Assembly (NCBI GenBank): GCA_965224485.1 | Contig: CBDCZH010000018.1 | Coordinates: forward strand, 1 to 64,000 | DNA length: 64,000 nucleotides | Direction: 5' to 3' | Source of the DNA: Arcobacteraceae bacterium | GTDB lineage: Bacteria > Campylobacterota > Campylobacteria > Campylobacterales > Arcobacteraceae | In this document: piece after piece, positions 1-11,001 of the stretch | Layout: each line of letters starts with the position of its first letter | Numbering within the stretch: the first letter of the stretch is position 1 | The notes under the pieces: model-generated | The model's input: only the letters and a program-made list of their open reading frames with translations | Told to the model about the DNA's origin: nothing | The model's database searches: none | Made by a program: the position numbers and the translations under genes

Positions 1-313
1 ATAAAAGACCACAAAACAGTCTCATTCCTGTTCCTGAGTTTCCACAATCTAAAACATCATCAGGAATAATATTTTTAAGACTTGGAGTTATTTCTACACT
101 TGAACCATCTATTTTAACACTTGCCCCTAATTTCTCCATTATACTAAGAGTATTTAAGGTGTCTTCTGCCATTAAAAAGTTTTTTATATAAGAAGTTTTA
201 TTTGTAAAAATACTAAACATTGCACATCTATGTGAAATAGACTTATCACTTGCAATACTATTAATCGTAATATCAAAGCTTGTTTTTAATGCTTGTATTT
301 TTAATGTTTTCAT
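1..313 (-). CDS. aroA: 3-phosphoshikimate 1-carboxyvinyltransferase, N-terminal part (runs off the window start)
   Basis: Manual translation from ATG at 313: [10 protein letters not shown]...[15 protein letters not shown]...EDTLNT...[15 protein letters not shown], containing the EPSP synthase DKSISHR and GNSGT motifs. Not in the ORF track. Confidence 0.93.
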   Translation of the reverse strand, partial: MKTLKIQALKTSFDITINSIASDKSISHRCAMFSIFTNKTSYIKNFLMAEDTLNTLSIMEKLGASVKIDGSSVEITPSLKNIIPDDVLDCGNSGTGMRLFCGLL

Positions 314-2636
314 TATCTTAAATTTAATCCTAGTTTTTCATCAAGTGTTTTTAAAATTTTATTCATTGATGTTGTAATATCTTCTTCACTTAATGTCTTC
401 TCATCATTTTGAAGTACAAATCTTATTGTTAAACTCTCGTTATCACCTAGTTTTTTCATCAGAATAAATATCAATTAAATTATATTGTTTAATATTGTCA
501 TCTTTTATGCAAGAAATAACTTTTTTAATCTCTTTATATGAAATATTTTTAGGAACCAAAATACTTAAATCTTTTTTAGAAGCTTGAAATTTAGAATATT
601 TTTTACTAATAACAACTTCATTTTTAATTGCATCAAAATCAATTTCTGCTATAAAAGTATCTGCTATATTAAAATCACTTGCAACACTTGGATGAAGTTT
701 TGCTATATAACCAACAGTTTTACCATCGATTATAACATCAGCATTTTGAAAAGGGTGAATAAAATCATTTGGTATCTTTTTCATCTCTTTTATTTCAAAT
801 TTTCCCAATTGTATTTAAAACTTTTTTACAAAATGTAAAAAAATCAATAACTTTTGGTTTCCCCTGGTTTGTGAAAGACTCTTCTTCTTCATCACCTGAA
901 AAAACAAAAGATATCTTTTTACTTTCTTCTCTTTTTATATTAAAGATTGTTCCTATTTCAAATAAGGCAACTTTTTTAAAACCTAATTTAAAGTTATTTT
1001 GGGCCGCTTCAATTAAATTTAGTAAAATAGTTGTTCTATAGGTATTTAGTTCATTTACAATTGGATTTAAAATATCTAATTTATCATTTACTTTTGGAAA
1101 AATTATACTTGCTAAGATTTTCTTTATTTGCAAATACATAAGTAAGTGTTTCAAAGAAACCATTTTCAATAGCTTTAAATCTTAGTTTATTTTTCTTGAT
1201 TAAATCTTCTGATGTTTTATTACTTCTATTTACTTCATCAATTGCTAAAGGTTTTGATTTTATATTATCAATTCCAATTGTTCTAACAATTTCTTCTGTA
1301 ACATCAGCTATATTTTTAATATCATGTCTAAATGCTGGGATTTTTGTAGATAAAACACCATTTCCACCATCTTTTACTTGAAACCCTAAGTTAGACAATA
1401 TTTTCTCAACTTTTATTTTTGTTACATTTTGTCCAATAATAGAGTTGATTTTTTTTGTATTAATATCAAGATTCTCTTCATGAATTTCTTCAGTAAAAAT
1501 CTCAGCACCTCTAAAAATTTTAGCACCAAGTTTTGAAATTAAAGTAGTAAAAGAGTCTAAACCTTCTGTTATATAAGGCTCACTTCCTCTTGAAACTTCT
1601 GTAATATACATCAGCAGTTTTTTTCTTTTTATCAAAAACATTTTTAGCTAGTTCTTCTGGATGAATATATGAAGCTTCTATAAACATAGTAGTATCACTA
1701 GTATCAAGCTCTTTATGATCAATACAAATAGTACTTAAATGCTCTTTTCCATAAATACAATCAAAACCATCTTCATCTTTTTTTACATGTAAGAGCGATA
1801 AATTATTATGAACATCTGTTGCTTCTTTTGCATAAGCATTTAAAATAACACCTGTTTCATGAATAGAGTAAGCAATAACATTTGCAATATCGTTTTCTTT
1901 ATATTGTGAGATTATTGCATTTCTTAGTTTATATAAAAGTGGTAACTTAAAGTTTTCAAAATCAATTGCTTTAAAAATTAAAGATGAAGATATATTATTC
2001 TCCACACTCAACTTCTAATACTTGACCAATTCCAAATTCGTTATATTCTGTTATAACATCTTTTTCATACATGCTTATATTATAATAAGCAGATAATTCT
2101 CTTGCAATTCCATGAATACTTAAACAATCACCTCTATTAGCTGTTAATTCAAGTTCAATAATATCATCATTTAAAAGTTTATATTCGTTTAGCTCTTTTC
2201 CAACAATAAGTTCACCAATAGAGTTATCAAGTTCTAAAATCCCATCATTTAATTTTGCAAGTCCTATTTCAGTACTTGAACAAATCATTCCATGTGAATC
2301 TTCACCTCTAAGTTTAGCTTTTTTAATTTTGAAGTTTTCGCCTAAAACGCAGCCAACAGTAGCCACTGGAACATACTGACCTTTTTTTACATTTTTAGCT
2401 CCACATACTATTTGAACAGATGTATCTCCAATATTTACTTGACAAATAGATAATTTATCAGCATCTGGATGTTTTTGTTTATCTGTAATAAATCCAATAA
2501 CAACACCAGAAGGAATTCTTATTTTTTGTAAAGAATCAACTTCTAAACCAATAGAGTTAAATGTTTTGCAAATATTGTTTATATCTAGTTTAGAAATATC
2601 AAGAAAATCTTGTATCCAAGTTTTTGTTATAATCAT
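313..2636 (-). CDS. pheT: Phenylalanine--tRNA ligase beta subunit, broken into 6 frames by five apparent +1 indels
   Basis: Fragments 1995-2636 ([19 protein letters not shown]), 1580-2011, 1084-1641 (PAFRHDI...EEIVR), 795-1169, 443-808 and a final segment [10 protein letters not shown]...LGLNLR* ending at 313 join into one PheT. It lies directly downstream of pheS. Confidence 0.92.
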
Positions 2637-3625
2637 TTAAATTGTCCTAATAATCTTATATCACTCTCAAATAGAGATCGTAAATCTCCAATTTTATGTA
2701 TTAACATAGCAAATCGCTCAATACCTAAACCAAAAGCATAACCAGATACATTTTCATAACCTACTGCTTTGAATACATTTTCATCAACTATTCCACAACC
2801 AAGTACTTCTAACCAACCTGTATGTGAACAAACTCTACAACCTTTACTTTCACAAAACACACATGAAATATCAACTTCAGCTGAAGGTTCTGTAAAAGGG
2901 AAAAACGAAGGTCTAAATCTAATTTCTACATCTCCAAACATATGATGCAAAAACTCTTCTAAAATATGTTTTAAATTAGCAAATGATACCTTATCAGCAC
3001 TATCAATTACTAAACCCTCAACTTGATTAAACATTGGAGTATGAGTTATGTCAAAATCTCTTCTAAATACAGTTCCAGGAGCTATCATTCTAATAGGAGG
3101 CTTGTTTTGTAACATTGTTCTTATTTGAGTAGGAGAGGTATGAGTTCTTAAAAGTGAAAAATCTTTATTATAAAAAGTATCCTGCATATCTCGTGCTGGA
3201 TGGTATTTTGGTAAATTTAATGCTTCAAAATTATGAAAATCATCTTCTACTAAAGGACCTTCTTCAACAGAAAAGTTTAAATTTTGAAAATATGTTATAA
3301 CTCTATCCATAGTATAAGCAACTGGGTGAACAGCACCACAAGATAATTCATTGTTAAATCTTGTAACGTCTATTTTTTCAGACTCTAATTGTTTATTTAT
3401 TGCTTCTTTTTCTAAAATTACTTTTCTTGCATCAATTGCTATATTTACTTCATTCTTTTGCTCATTAAGATTTTGAGCAAATGCTTTTTTATCTTCATTT
3501 GCTATATCTTTTAGTTTTGCGAACTCTTTTGTTAAAACACCTTTTTTACCAAGAGTTTCAACTCTTAAATTTTCTAATGTTTCCAAAGAATTAGCAGTTT
3601 GTATTTTTTCAATCCACTGTTTCAA
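2633..3625 (-). CDS. pheS: Phenylalanine--tRNA ligase alpha subunit
   Basis: [31 protein letters not shown] and [10 protein letters not shown] motifs. Confidence 0.98.
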   Translation of the reverse strand: MKQWIEKIQTANSLETLENLRVETLGKKGVLTKEFAKLKDIANEDKKAFAQNLNEQKNEVNIAIDARKVILEKEAINKQLESEKIDVTRFNNELSCGAVHPVAYTMDRVITYFQNLNFSVEEGPLVEDDFHNFEALNLPKYHPARDMQDTFYNKDFSLLRTHTSPTQIRTMLQNKPPIRMIAPGTVFRRDFDITHTPMFNQVEGLVIDSADKVSFANLKHILEEFLHHMFGDVEIRFRPSFFPFTEPSAEVDISCVFCESKGCRVCSHTGWLEVLGCGIVDENVFKAVGYENVSGYAFGLGIERFAMLIHKIGDLRSLFESDIRLLGQFK

Positions 3626-3733
3626 ACTATTCCCCTAAATATTATTTAGTTTTTTATAAGTTGCGAGTATACTTAAATATATATTAGAGTTTGATTTGCT
3701 ATTATGTATATATAAAATTAAAAGGATTAACCT

Positions 3734-4066
3734 GTGTGTATTTTTTGTAAAATAATAAATGGTGAAATACCAAATAAAACTATTCTAGAAAATGAGGATT
3801 TTTTAGCCTTTGAAGATATAAATCCAGCTTGTAAAATTCATATTTTAATTATTCCTAAAGAGCATTATGATTCTTTTGATGTAATACCTCCAAAATTTAT
3901 GACTAAAATGACAGAATTTATTCAAAAATTAGCATCTAAATTAAATATTAAAAAAGATGGATATCGTTTAATTACTAATATTGGTGAACATGGTGGTCAA
4001 GAAGTTAAACATCTACATTTTCATCTTTTAGCAGGACAGTATGTTGGTTCGTTGGTAAGTAAATAA
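3734..4066 (+). CDS. Histidine triad (HIT/HinT) nucleotide-binding protein
   Basis: CIFCKI N-terminus and GQEVKHLHFHLLAG triad; GTG start with AAGGA RBS. Confidence 0.95.
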   Translation: MCIFCKIINGEIPNKTILENEDFLAFEDINPACKIHILIIPKEHYDSFDVIPPKFMTKMTEFIQKLASKLNIKKDGYRLITNIGEHGGQEVKHLHFHLLAGQYVGSLVSK

Positions 4067-5243
4067 TGAAAAGTTTATATAATGATGATATTGCAAAAAA
4101 TTGTAAAAATGATTTAGCTCTTAGAGTTTATACCTCACAGCTCTTAGGACAAGATTCAAACCTAGTTTTACATGGGGGTGGAAATACTTCTGTTAAAATT
4201 TGTGTAAATGGTGAAGATATTTTATATGTAAAAGGTAGTGGTTGGGATTTAGAAACAATAAAAGAAGAAGGGTTTGCTCCTGTTAAACTAGATATTTTGA
4301 TAAAAATGGCAAACTTGAAACTTTAAGTGATTCTCAAATGGTAAAAGATCAAAGAGCTGCAATGATTGATAATACTGCTCCAAATCCTTCTATTGAAGCT
4401 ATTTTACATGCAGTAATTCCATATAAGTTTGTAGATCATACTCACTCAGATGCAATAGTTACTATTTCAAATACAAAAAAAGGTTTAGAGTATATCAAAC
4501 AACTTTTTCCAAATTTTTTGATTATTCCTTATGTAATGCCAGGATTCCTCCTTGCTAAAACTATTTACGATATGGCAAAAAATAAAGATTATGAAAAATT
4601 AGAAGGAATGATTTTATTAAATCATGGGATTTTTACCTTTGATAATAATGCTAAAAATGCTTATATAAAAATGATAGAAGCAGTAAGTCTAGCAGAAGAT
4701 TTTTTACAAGAAAATACAAAAATAGAATTTATAAGTTCTTTAGAAAATGATTTCTCTTATGATACTTTAGAAGAATTAATTTCTTTGCAAAAAGAGTATA
4801 AAGTTAACATGAAAATAAATACTTCAAAAATTGCCCAAACATTTTCCTGTTCTTTAGATGTTGAAAACTTATGTAAAAAAGGTATTTTAACACCTGAGCA
4901 TATTATAAGAACAAAAAGATTACCTTTATTTATAGACGATACTAAAGCTGATATTAAAGCCTGTTTATCTTCATATCAAAAAGAGTATGAAGAGTATTTT
5001 AATACTTTTAAAAATGATGAAATTTGCTTAAATAAAGCAGCAAATTGGGCAGTTATAAAAAATATAGGAACAGTGAGTTTTGGAAAAAATGAAAAAGAAG
5101 CTTCTATTATTGAAGATATATCTAATCATACAATGAAAGCAATATTGCAAGCAGAGTGTTTAGGTGGATTTGAGGCTATTTCTTTAAAAGATGGTTTTGA
5201 TATGGAGTATTGGGAATTAGAACAAGCAAAATTAAAAAAGTAG
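4066..5243 (+). CDS. Class II aldolase/adducin family protein (RhaD/YuxG-type aldolase domain, no fused dehydrogenase), with one frameshift near 4312
   Basis: LVLHGGGNTSVK, VKGSGWDL, PSIEAILH, VDHTHSD, LNHG, TPEHIIRTK and MEYWELEQAKL motifs. One extra A in GCAAAC at about 4310 joins ORFs 4066-4326 and 4338-5243 as ...KMAKLETLSDSQMVKDQ... Confidence 0.85.
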
Positions 5244-5247
5244 GAAT

Positions 5248-6810
5248 ATGAAATATTTATTAGCAATAGATGCCGGAACTGGAAGTGCAAGAGCAGTATT
5301 ATTTAATACAGCAGGAAAACAAATAGAAGTTTCACAAAAAGAGTGGAGTCATTTAGAAGTAAAGGGTGTAAAAAACTCTATGTCTTTCTCTTATGATAAA
5401 AACTGGAAACTTATTTGTTCTTGTATTAAAGAAGTTATTAAAAAATCAGGAATTAAAGCAGAAGATATAAAAGCATTAAGTGCCTCTAGTATGAGAGAAG
5501 GTATTGTTTTATATGATAAAAATAAAAATGAAGTTTTTGCCTTAGCTAATGTTGATGCAAGATCAGCCCAAGAAGTTAAGTCTTTAAATAAAAACTTTCC
5601 AAAACTTGAAAAAAAGTTTTATAAAAAATCTGGTCAAACATTTGCTCTTGGAGCACTTCCTCGACTTTTATGGCTTAAAAATAATGATAGTAAAACATAT
5701 AAAAAAGTAAAACATATTTCTATGATAAGTGATTGGGTTTTAAAAAAACTATCAGGTGAGATAGCCTCTGAGCCTTCAAATGCAGGAACAACAGGAATTT
5801 TTTGTCTAAAAAGTAGAACTTGGGATGAAAAAATGGCTACAAAAGTAGGAATAAAAGATGATATATTTCCTAAAATTTTAGAAAGTGGTGATATTTTAGG
5901 AAAAGTTACACAAGAAGCTTCTTTTGTAACAGGTTTAAGTACAAAGACTTTAGTAGTAATGGGTGGGGGCGATGTTCAATTAGCTGCTCTTGGTTTAGGT
6001 CTTACTGAAATAGGATCTTGTGCTATTATTGGTGGATCTTTTTGGCAGCAAGTTGTAAATATTAAAAGAGAAGTTACTCCTCCTTTAAATATGAATATAA
6101 GAGTAAATCCTCATGTCCTAAAAGAACAATCACAAGTTGAAGCTATTACTTTTTTCTCAGGACTTGTTATGAGATGGTTCAGAGATAGTTTTTGTCAAAA
6201 AGAACTAGAACTAGCAAAAAAGAAGAATATAGATATTTATACTTATTTAGAACAATTAAGTAAAGATGTGCCTTTAGGTTCATATGGAATTTTGCCTATT
6301 TTTTCAGACCAAATGAAGTATTCAAAATGGTATCATGCCTCACCATCTTTTTTAAATCTAAGTTTAGATTCAAATAAATGTAACATTGCTTCTATGTTTA
6401 AAGCTTTGCAAGAAAATGCAGCAATAGTATCTTATTTAAATTTAAAAAATATTGAAAAATTTACAGCAAAAAAAATTAAAAAGATTGTATTTGCAGGTGG
6501 AGCAGCAAAGGGGATTTTCTGGCCTCAAATCTTAGCAGATGTTACAGGAATTGAAGTACACGTTCCAAAAATAAAAGAAGCCACCTCTTTAGGATGTATT
6601 ATATTTGCAGGAATTGCTGCAGGTATTTATAAAGATGTTAATAGTGCTTCAAAAGATTTAGTAAAAATTCAAAAAATCTATCTTCCAGATTTAGAAAATC
6701 ATAAAAAGTATAAAAAAATAGCAACAAAGTGGCAAAAAGCATATGAAATGCAAATAAAACTAGTAGATAAAAATATTACAAACTCTATGTGGAAAGCACC
6801 TGGATTATAA
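5248..6810 (+). CDS. lsrK: Autoinducer-2 kinase (LsrK-like, FGGY family)
   Basis: YLLAIDAGTGSARAVLF, SASSMREGIVLYD, ANVDARS, SGQTFALGALPRLLWL, EPSNAGTTG, GGSFWQQVVN, RVNPHV and WYHASPSFLNLS motifs, plus the C-terminal MWKAPGL characteristic of LsrK. Confidence 0.88.
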   Translation: MKYLLAIDAGTGSARAVLFNTAGKQIEVSQKEWSHLEVKGVKNSMSFSYDKNWKLICSCIKEVIKKSGIKAEDIKALSASSMREGIVLYDKNKNEVFALANVDARSAQEVKSLNKNFPKLEKKFYKKSGQTFALGALPRLLWLKNNDSKTYKKVKHISMISDWVLKKLSGEIASEPSNAGTTGIFCLKSRTWDEKMATKVGIKDDIFPKILESGDILGKVTQEASFVTGLSTKTLVVMGGGDVQLAALGLGLTEIGSCAIIGGSFWQQVVNIKREVTPPLNMNIRVNPHVLKEQSQVEAITFFSGLVMRWFRDSFCQKELELAKKKNIDIYTYLEQLSKDVPLGSYGILPIFSDQMKYSKWYHASPSFLNLSLDSNKCNIASMFKALQENAAIVSYLNLKNIEKFTAKKIKKIVFAGGAAKGIFWPQILADVTGIEVHVPKIKEATSLGCIIFAGIAAGIYKDVNSASKDLVKIQKIYLPDLENHKKYKKIATKWQKAYEMQIKLVDKNITNSMWKAPGL

Positions 6811-6826
6811 GTTTTACAAAAAGAAC

Positions 6827-6868
6827 AAAAAAAAAGGGAAAGAAGTTAAATTTCTTTCCCTTTTTTTT
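6827..6868. terminator. Bidirectional intrinsic terminator between convergent lsrK and accA
   Basis: A-run GGGAAAGAA / loop / TTCTTTCCC T-run. Confidence 0.85.
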
Positions 6869-6896
6869 AAGATATTTAACTCATGCTTCAAATATC

Positions 6897-7835
6897 TTAT
6901 TCTTGAGAAAAACTTCCAAGTTTCATAAGTTTTTCATATCTTTTTTCATATCTTTGCTCTGAGCTTAATTCTTGTAATTGTTTTACTGAATCTAAGAAAT
7001 AATCACCAATTGCTTTAATTGCTTCATCTTTTTGTCTATGTGCACCTATTAATGGTTCACTTACAATATCATCAACTAGCTTTAACTCTTTTAGTGCATC
7101 AGAAGTAATTTTTAAAGAATTTGCAGCTGTTTCTGCTTGAGCTGGGTCATTCCATAAAATAGCAGCACAACCCTCAGGTGAAATTACTGCATATACAGAA
7201 TATCTCATCATTGCTAATTTATCAGCAACAGATATAGCTAAAGCTCCACCTGAACCGCCCTCACCAATTACTATAGAAATAGTAATAGTATCAATGTTTG
7301 AGAATTCAAATAAGTTCTTAGCAATTGCTTCACTTTGATTTCTCTCTTCAGCCCCCAAACCTGGAAATGCACCTGGAGTATCAACTAACATTAGAATTGG
7401 AATATTAAACTTTTCTGCCATTTTAGCAGCTCTTAAAGCTTTTCTATATCCTTCAGGAGAAGGCATACCAAAATTTCTTTTAAGTTTATTTTTAGTTCCT
7501 CTTCCTTTTTGCTCACCTATAACCATTACTTTTTGCGAACCTATATAGCCTAAGTAACATACTATTGCAGTATCATCACCAAAGTGTCTATCTCCATGTA
7601 TTTCATAAGAGTTTGTTAATAAACCTCTTATATAATCCATAGCATATGGTCTATCGGGATGTCTTGCTAATTGAAGTTTTTGATAATCGCTTAAGTTTTT
7701 AAAAGTTTTTTCAACTTCTTTTTGAAGTTTTTTATCTAATATTTCAACTGCATGTTCATCTGATCTTGATTTTGCAGTTATTATTTCATCTTCAATTTTT
7801 TTAATCTTTTCTTCAAATGCTAAATAAGTCGCCAA
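6897..7835 (-). CDS. accA: Acetyl-CoA carboxylase carboxyltransferase alpha subunit
   Basis: [23 protein letters not shown] and [10 protein letters not shown] motifs. Confidence 0.98.
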   Translation of the reverse strand: MATYLAFEEKIKKIEDEIITAKSRSDEHAVEILDKKLQKEVEKTFKNLSDYQKLQLARHPDRPYAMDYIRGLLTNSYEIHGDRHFGDDTAIVCYLGYIGSQKVMVIGEQKGRGTKNKLKRNFGMPSPEGYRKALRAAKMAEKFNIPILMLVDTPGAFPGLGAEERNQSEAIAKNLFEFSNIDTITISIVIGEGGSGGALAISVADKLAMMRYSVYAVISPEGCAAILWNDPAQAETAANSLKITSDALKELKLVDDIVSEPLIGAHRQKDEAIKAIGDYFLDSVKQLQELSSEQRYEKRYEKLMKLGSFSQE

Positions 7836-7906
7836 TTCTTTCCCTTTTGCATGTTTAAATTAATAAATTTAAACAAGTATATTATAATTTAGTATAATTT
7901 TTATAA

Positions 7907-9163
7907 TTATTTAGTAAATTTCCTAAAAATCACTGAACCATTAGTTCCACCAAAACCAAAATTATTACTCATTACTGTAGTTAACTCAGCTTCTCTTGCT
8001 GTATTTGCTACATAATCTAAATCACATAATGGATCTTGATTTATAATATTAATTGTTGGAGGAATAATTCCTTCATTTAATGACTTAATTGCAAAAATTG
8101 CTTCAATAGCACCAGCTGCTCCTAAACAATGACCAATTTGACCCTTAGTTGAAGTAACTGGAGGACAATTTTGAACTCCTTTAAATACTTCTTTAAGAGC
8201 TTTTGTTTCATTTGCATCTCCAACAGGAGTTGATGTTCCATGAGTATTTACATAATCAATTTTTACATCTTCACCTGTAATATGTTTTGCCATATCAAAA
8301 GCTGCTTGCATAGCTCTTAGGGGACCATCCATTACAGGAGATGTGATATGATTAGCGTCACCAGATTCACCAAAACCAATAACTTCACAATAAATTTTTG
8401 CATTTCTTTCTTGTGCTGATTCTAATGTTTCAAGAACTAAAGCTCCAGCTCCTTCACCCATAACAAACCCATCTCTGTCTATATCAAAAGGTCTTGATGC
8501 TGTTTTCGGATCATCATTTCTAGTTGATAGTGCTTTCATTGCAGCAAATCCACCCATTCCAGCTCCACAAATAGCACTTTCAGCACCTACTACTAAAATT
8601 CTATCTGCTCCATTTAACATAATAGTTTTACAAGCATCAGAAATAGCATGAGTAGAAGCTGCACAAGCTGTTACATGAGATAAACTAGGACCTTTTAAAC
8701 CATGTGCTATTGAAATAAATCCACCTAACATATTAACTAATGAAGAAGGAATAAAAAATGGAGATATTCTTTTAGGTCCTCTAGTATTTAATACAATAGA
8801 ATTTTTTTCAATTGTAGATAAACCACCAATTCCAGAAGCAGAAATCATACCAAATCTTGGAGCATCTTCATTTGAAACCCGTCCATTTTCCAAAGGTATT
8901 CCACAATCATTCATAGCTTCTTTTGCTGCTTTTAATCCTAATTGAATAAATCTATCAGCTTTTTTAACTTCTTTCTTTTCCATTACAGTTGTTGGGTCAA
9001 AATCTTTTACTTCTCCTGCAATTTTTACAGGGTATTCACTTATATCAAATAGTGTAATAGTATCAATCCCACACTCACCTGCAACAACTGCTTTAAAAGA
9101 TTCTTCTACATTGTGCCCAATAGAATTTATAGTGCCTAAACCAGTTATAACAACTCTTTTCAT
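7907..9163 (-). CDS. fabF: Beta-ketoacyl-ACP synthase II
   Basis: TACAAS active-site Cys, HGTSTPVGD, KGQIGHCLGAAG and NNFGFGGTN. Confidence 0.97.
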   Translation of the reverse strand: MKRVVITGLGTINSIGHNVEESFKAVVAGECGIDTITLFDISEYPVKIAGEVKDFDPTTVMEKKEVKKADRFIQLGLKAAKEAMNDCGIPLENGRVSNEDAPRFGMISASGIGGLSTIEKNSIVLNTRGPKRISPFFIPSSLVNMLGGFISIAHGLKGPSLSHVTACAASTHAISDACKTIMLNGADRILVVGAESAICGAGMGGFAAMKALSTRNDDPKTASRPFDIDRDGFVMGEGAGALVLETLESAQERNAKIYCEVIGFGESGDANHITSPVMDGPLRAMQAAFDMAKHITGEDVKIDYVNTHGTSTPVGDANETKALKEVFKGVQNCPPVTSTKGQIGHCLGAAGAIEAIFAIKSLNEGIIPPTINIINQDPLCDLDYVANTAREAELTTVMSNNFGFGGTNGSVIFRKFTK

Positions 9164-9229
9164 CTCTAATTCTCCATATCATTTAAATTAGTCAATTTTT
9201 TATAGGTAAAAAACTCAATAATTTAAAAA

Positions 9230-9259
9230 AAAAGAGTTAAAATAAAATTCTAACTCTTT
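9230..9259 (-). terminator. Probable terminator/attenuating hairpin between acpP and fabF
   Basis: AAAGAGTTA...TAACTCTTT inverted repeat followed by a T-run on the minus strand. Confidence 0.6.
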
Positions 9260-9275
9260 ATGATTCCGCTTTGTA

Positions 9276-9506
9276 TTAAGCGTTATCTTCGATGTATTTA
9301 ATAGCATTAGCTACAGTAAGAATTCCTTCAGCATCTTCATCAGGGATTTCAATATCAAATTTTTCTTCTAAAGCCATAACTAACTCAACTACGTCTAAAG
9401 AATCTGCACCTAAATCCTCAATAAACTTAGATTCTTCTTTTACTAAATCTGCATCGCAATCTAACTGCTCAACTACTACTTCTTTTACATCATCAAATAA
9501 TGCCAT
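9276..9506 (-). CDS. acpP: Acyl carrier protein
   Basis: [20 protein letters not shown] motif. Confidence 0.98.
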   Translation of the reverse strand: MALFDDVKEVVVEQLDCDADLVKEESKFIEDLGADSLDVVELVMALEEKFDIEIPDEDAEGILTVANAIKYIEDNA

Positions 9507-9588
9507 TTTGTTTCCTTTTTTTAAATATGTTTAAGTATTATATCAAAAAAGATTTTAAAAAATCTTTTAAAGAATACTCTTTTTTGAA

Positions 9589-10332
9589 CTAAACGTATAA
9601 TCCACCATTAACTTTTAAAATTTCACCCGTTATATATGAAGAATGATCAGATAATAAAAAGGCAACTGCTTCTGCAATTTCTTTAGCTTCTCCAAATCTT
9701 TTAAGAGGAATATTTTTAACATACTCTTCTTTTACTTCATCTTTAAGTTCATCTGTCATATCAGTTTGAATAAATCCAGGTGTTACTGCATTGTATCTAA
9801 GACCTCTACTAGCGGCTTCTTTAGCAAATGATTTAGTCATAGCATTTAATCCACCCTTAGAAGCAGAATAATTTGTTTGACCTGCATTTCCCATTTCTCC
9901 AACAATAGAAGAAATATTAACTATTGAACCAAATCGTTTTTTACCCATGAATTTTAGAGCTGCTTTACAACCTATAAAAGATGATGTTAAGTTTGCAGTA
10001 ATTACATCATTAAAATCATCAACACTCATTCTTAAAGCTAATTTATCTCTTGTAATTCCAGCATTATTAACTAAATATGATAATTCTCCATCTGAATCGA
10101 CTATAGTTTTAATAGCATTTACGAATTCTTCTTCTATAGTTACGTCTGCTTTTATAATAGCAGCCACTCCACCATTTTTTTCTATTTCTTCTTGTAATTC
10201 TTGTGCAAGTTTAGCACCATTTCTGTAGTTTATCCATACTTTTAAACCATAAGATGCTAAAGTTTTGGCAATTTGTGCACCAATACCTTTGCTTGCACCT
10301 GTAATTAAAACATTTTTACCTGTAAATTGCAT
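9589..10332 (-). CDS. fabG: 3-oxoacyl-ACP reductase
   Basis: TGASKGIG, NNAGITRD and YSASK motifs; sits in the fab cluster. Confidence 0.96.
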   Translation of the reverse strand: MQFTGKNVLITGASKGIGAQIAKTLASYGLKVWINYRNGAKLAQELQEEIEKNGGVAAIIKADVTIEEEFVNAIKTIVDSDGELSYLVNNAGITRDKLALRMSVDDFNDVITANLTSSFIGCKAALKFMGKKRFGSIVNISSIVGEMGNAGQTNYSASKGGLNAMTKSFAKEAASRGLRYNAVTPGFIQTDMTDELKDEVKEEYVKNIPLKRFGEAKEIAEAVAFLLSDHSSYITGEILKVNGGLYV

Positions 10333-10418
10333 ATATTTCCTTTATAATTATAATTATAATCTTTGCTAAATCTGTGCATTATATCTCAGTTTTGCCCATA
10401 TCTATATTAGCTGTTTGT

Positions 10419-10952
10419 TTAAACTCTTTTTTTTACTCTTATTGCTAAATAGTAAAAAAATGGAGTATCTAATAGGGCAAGGGCAATTTTTACTAAATAA
10501 TCACCAATTATTAATTTAATAATTAGATCATAAGGCATAATAAAAGCAAATGCAAGAGTAAAAAATAAAATAGTATCAAATAGCTGTGATGTTATAGTAC
10601 TAACATTATTTCTAAGCCACCATAAAGAGCTAAATTTTCTTTTAAAATAGTGAAAAATATTTACATCTAATTGTTGAATTAAAAAAAATGTTACTATTGA
10701 TGCAATTGCTATTCTTACATCTGCTATTAACATAGTTGGAACAATTGCTATAATAGAACCTAGTTTTACGACATCTAAAACATCTTTTTTTTCATACTTC
10801 TCACTTAATACATCAGTTAGTAAAAATGTAAATGGATATAATATCGCTCCATACGTTAACCATTCATTTATTGGAAATTGAACAGTATAATTTGCTGCTA
10901 TAATTAATATTGAAAATAATACTGCATTAATTATGAGTGTTTGTCTTCTCAT
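10419..10952 (-). CDS. Queuosine precursor transporter (VUT/YhhQ family)
   Basis: Hydrophobic; YPFTFLLTDVLSE, WWLRNNVSTITSQLFDT and LLDTPFFY motifs. Confidence 0.85.
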   Translation of the reverse strand: MRRQTLIINAVLFSILIIAANYTVQFPINEWLTYGAILYPFTFLLTDVLSEKYEKKDVLDVVKLGSIIAIVPTMLIADVRIAIASIVTFFLIQQLDVNIFHYFKRKFSSLWWLRNNVSTITSQLFDTILFFTLAFAFIMPYDLIIKLIIGDYLVKIALALLDTPFFYYLAIRVKKRV

Positions 10953-11001
10953 TAAAACCCTTTTTTAAGATTTTTGAATTTTACTTAAAAATTACTTAAA
11001 A

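Noticed and set aside
4300..4340. Programmed frameshift in the aldolase gene
   Set aside because: No slippery heptamer with a downstream structure; it matches the homopolymer indel pattern seen elsewhere in the window.
10953..11001. preQ1 riboswitch upstream of the queuosine precursor transporter
   Set aside because: The intergenic region is only about 50 bp of AT-rich sequence, with no recognisable preQ1 stem or pseudoknot.
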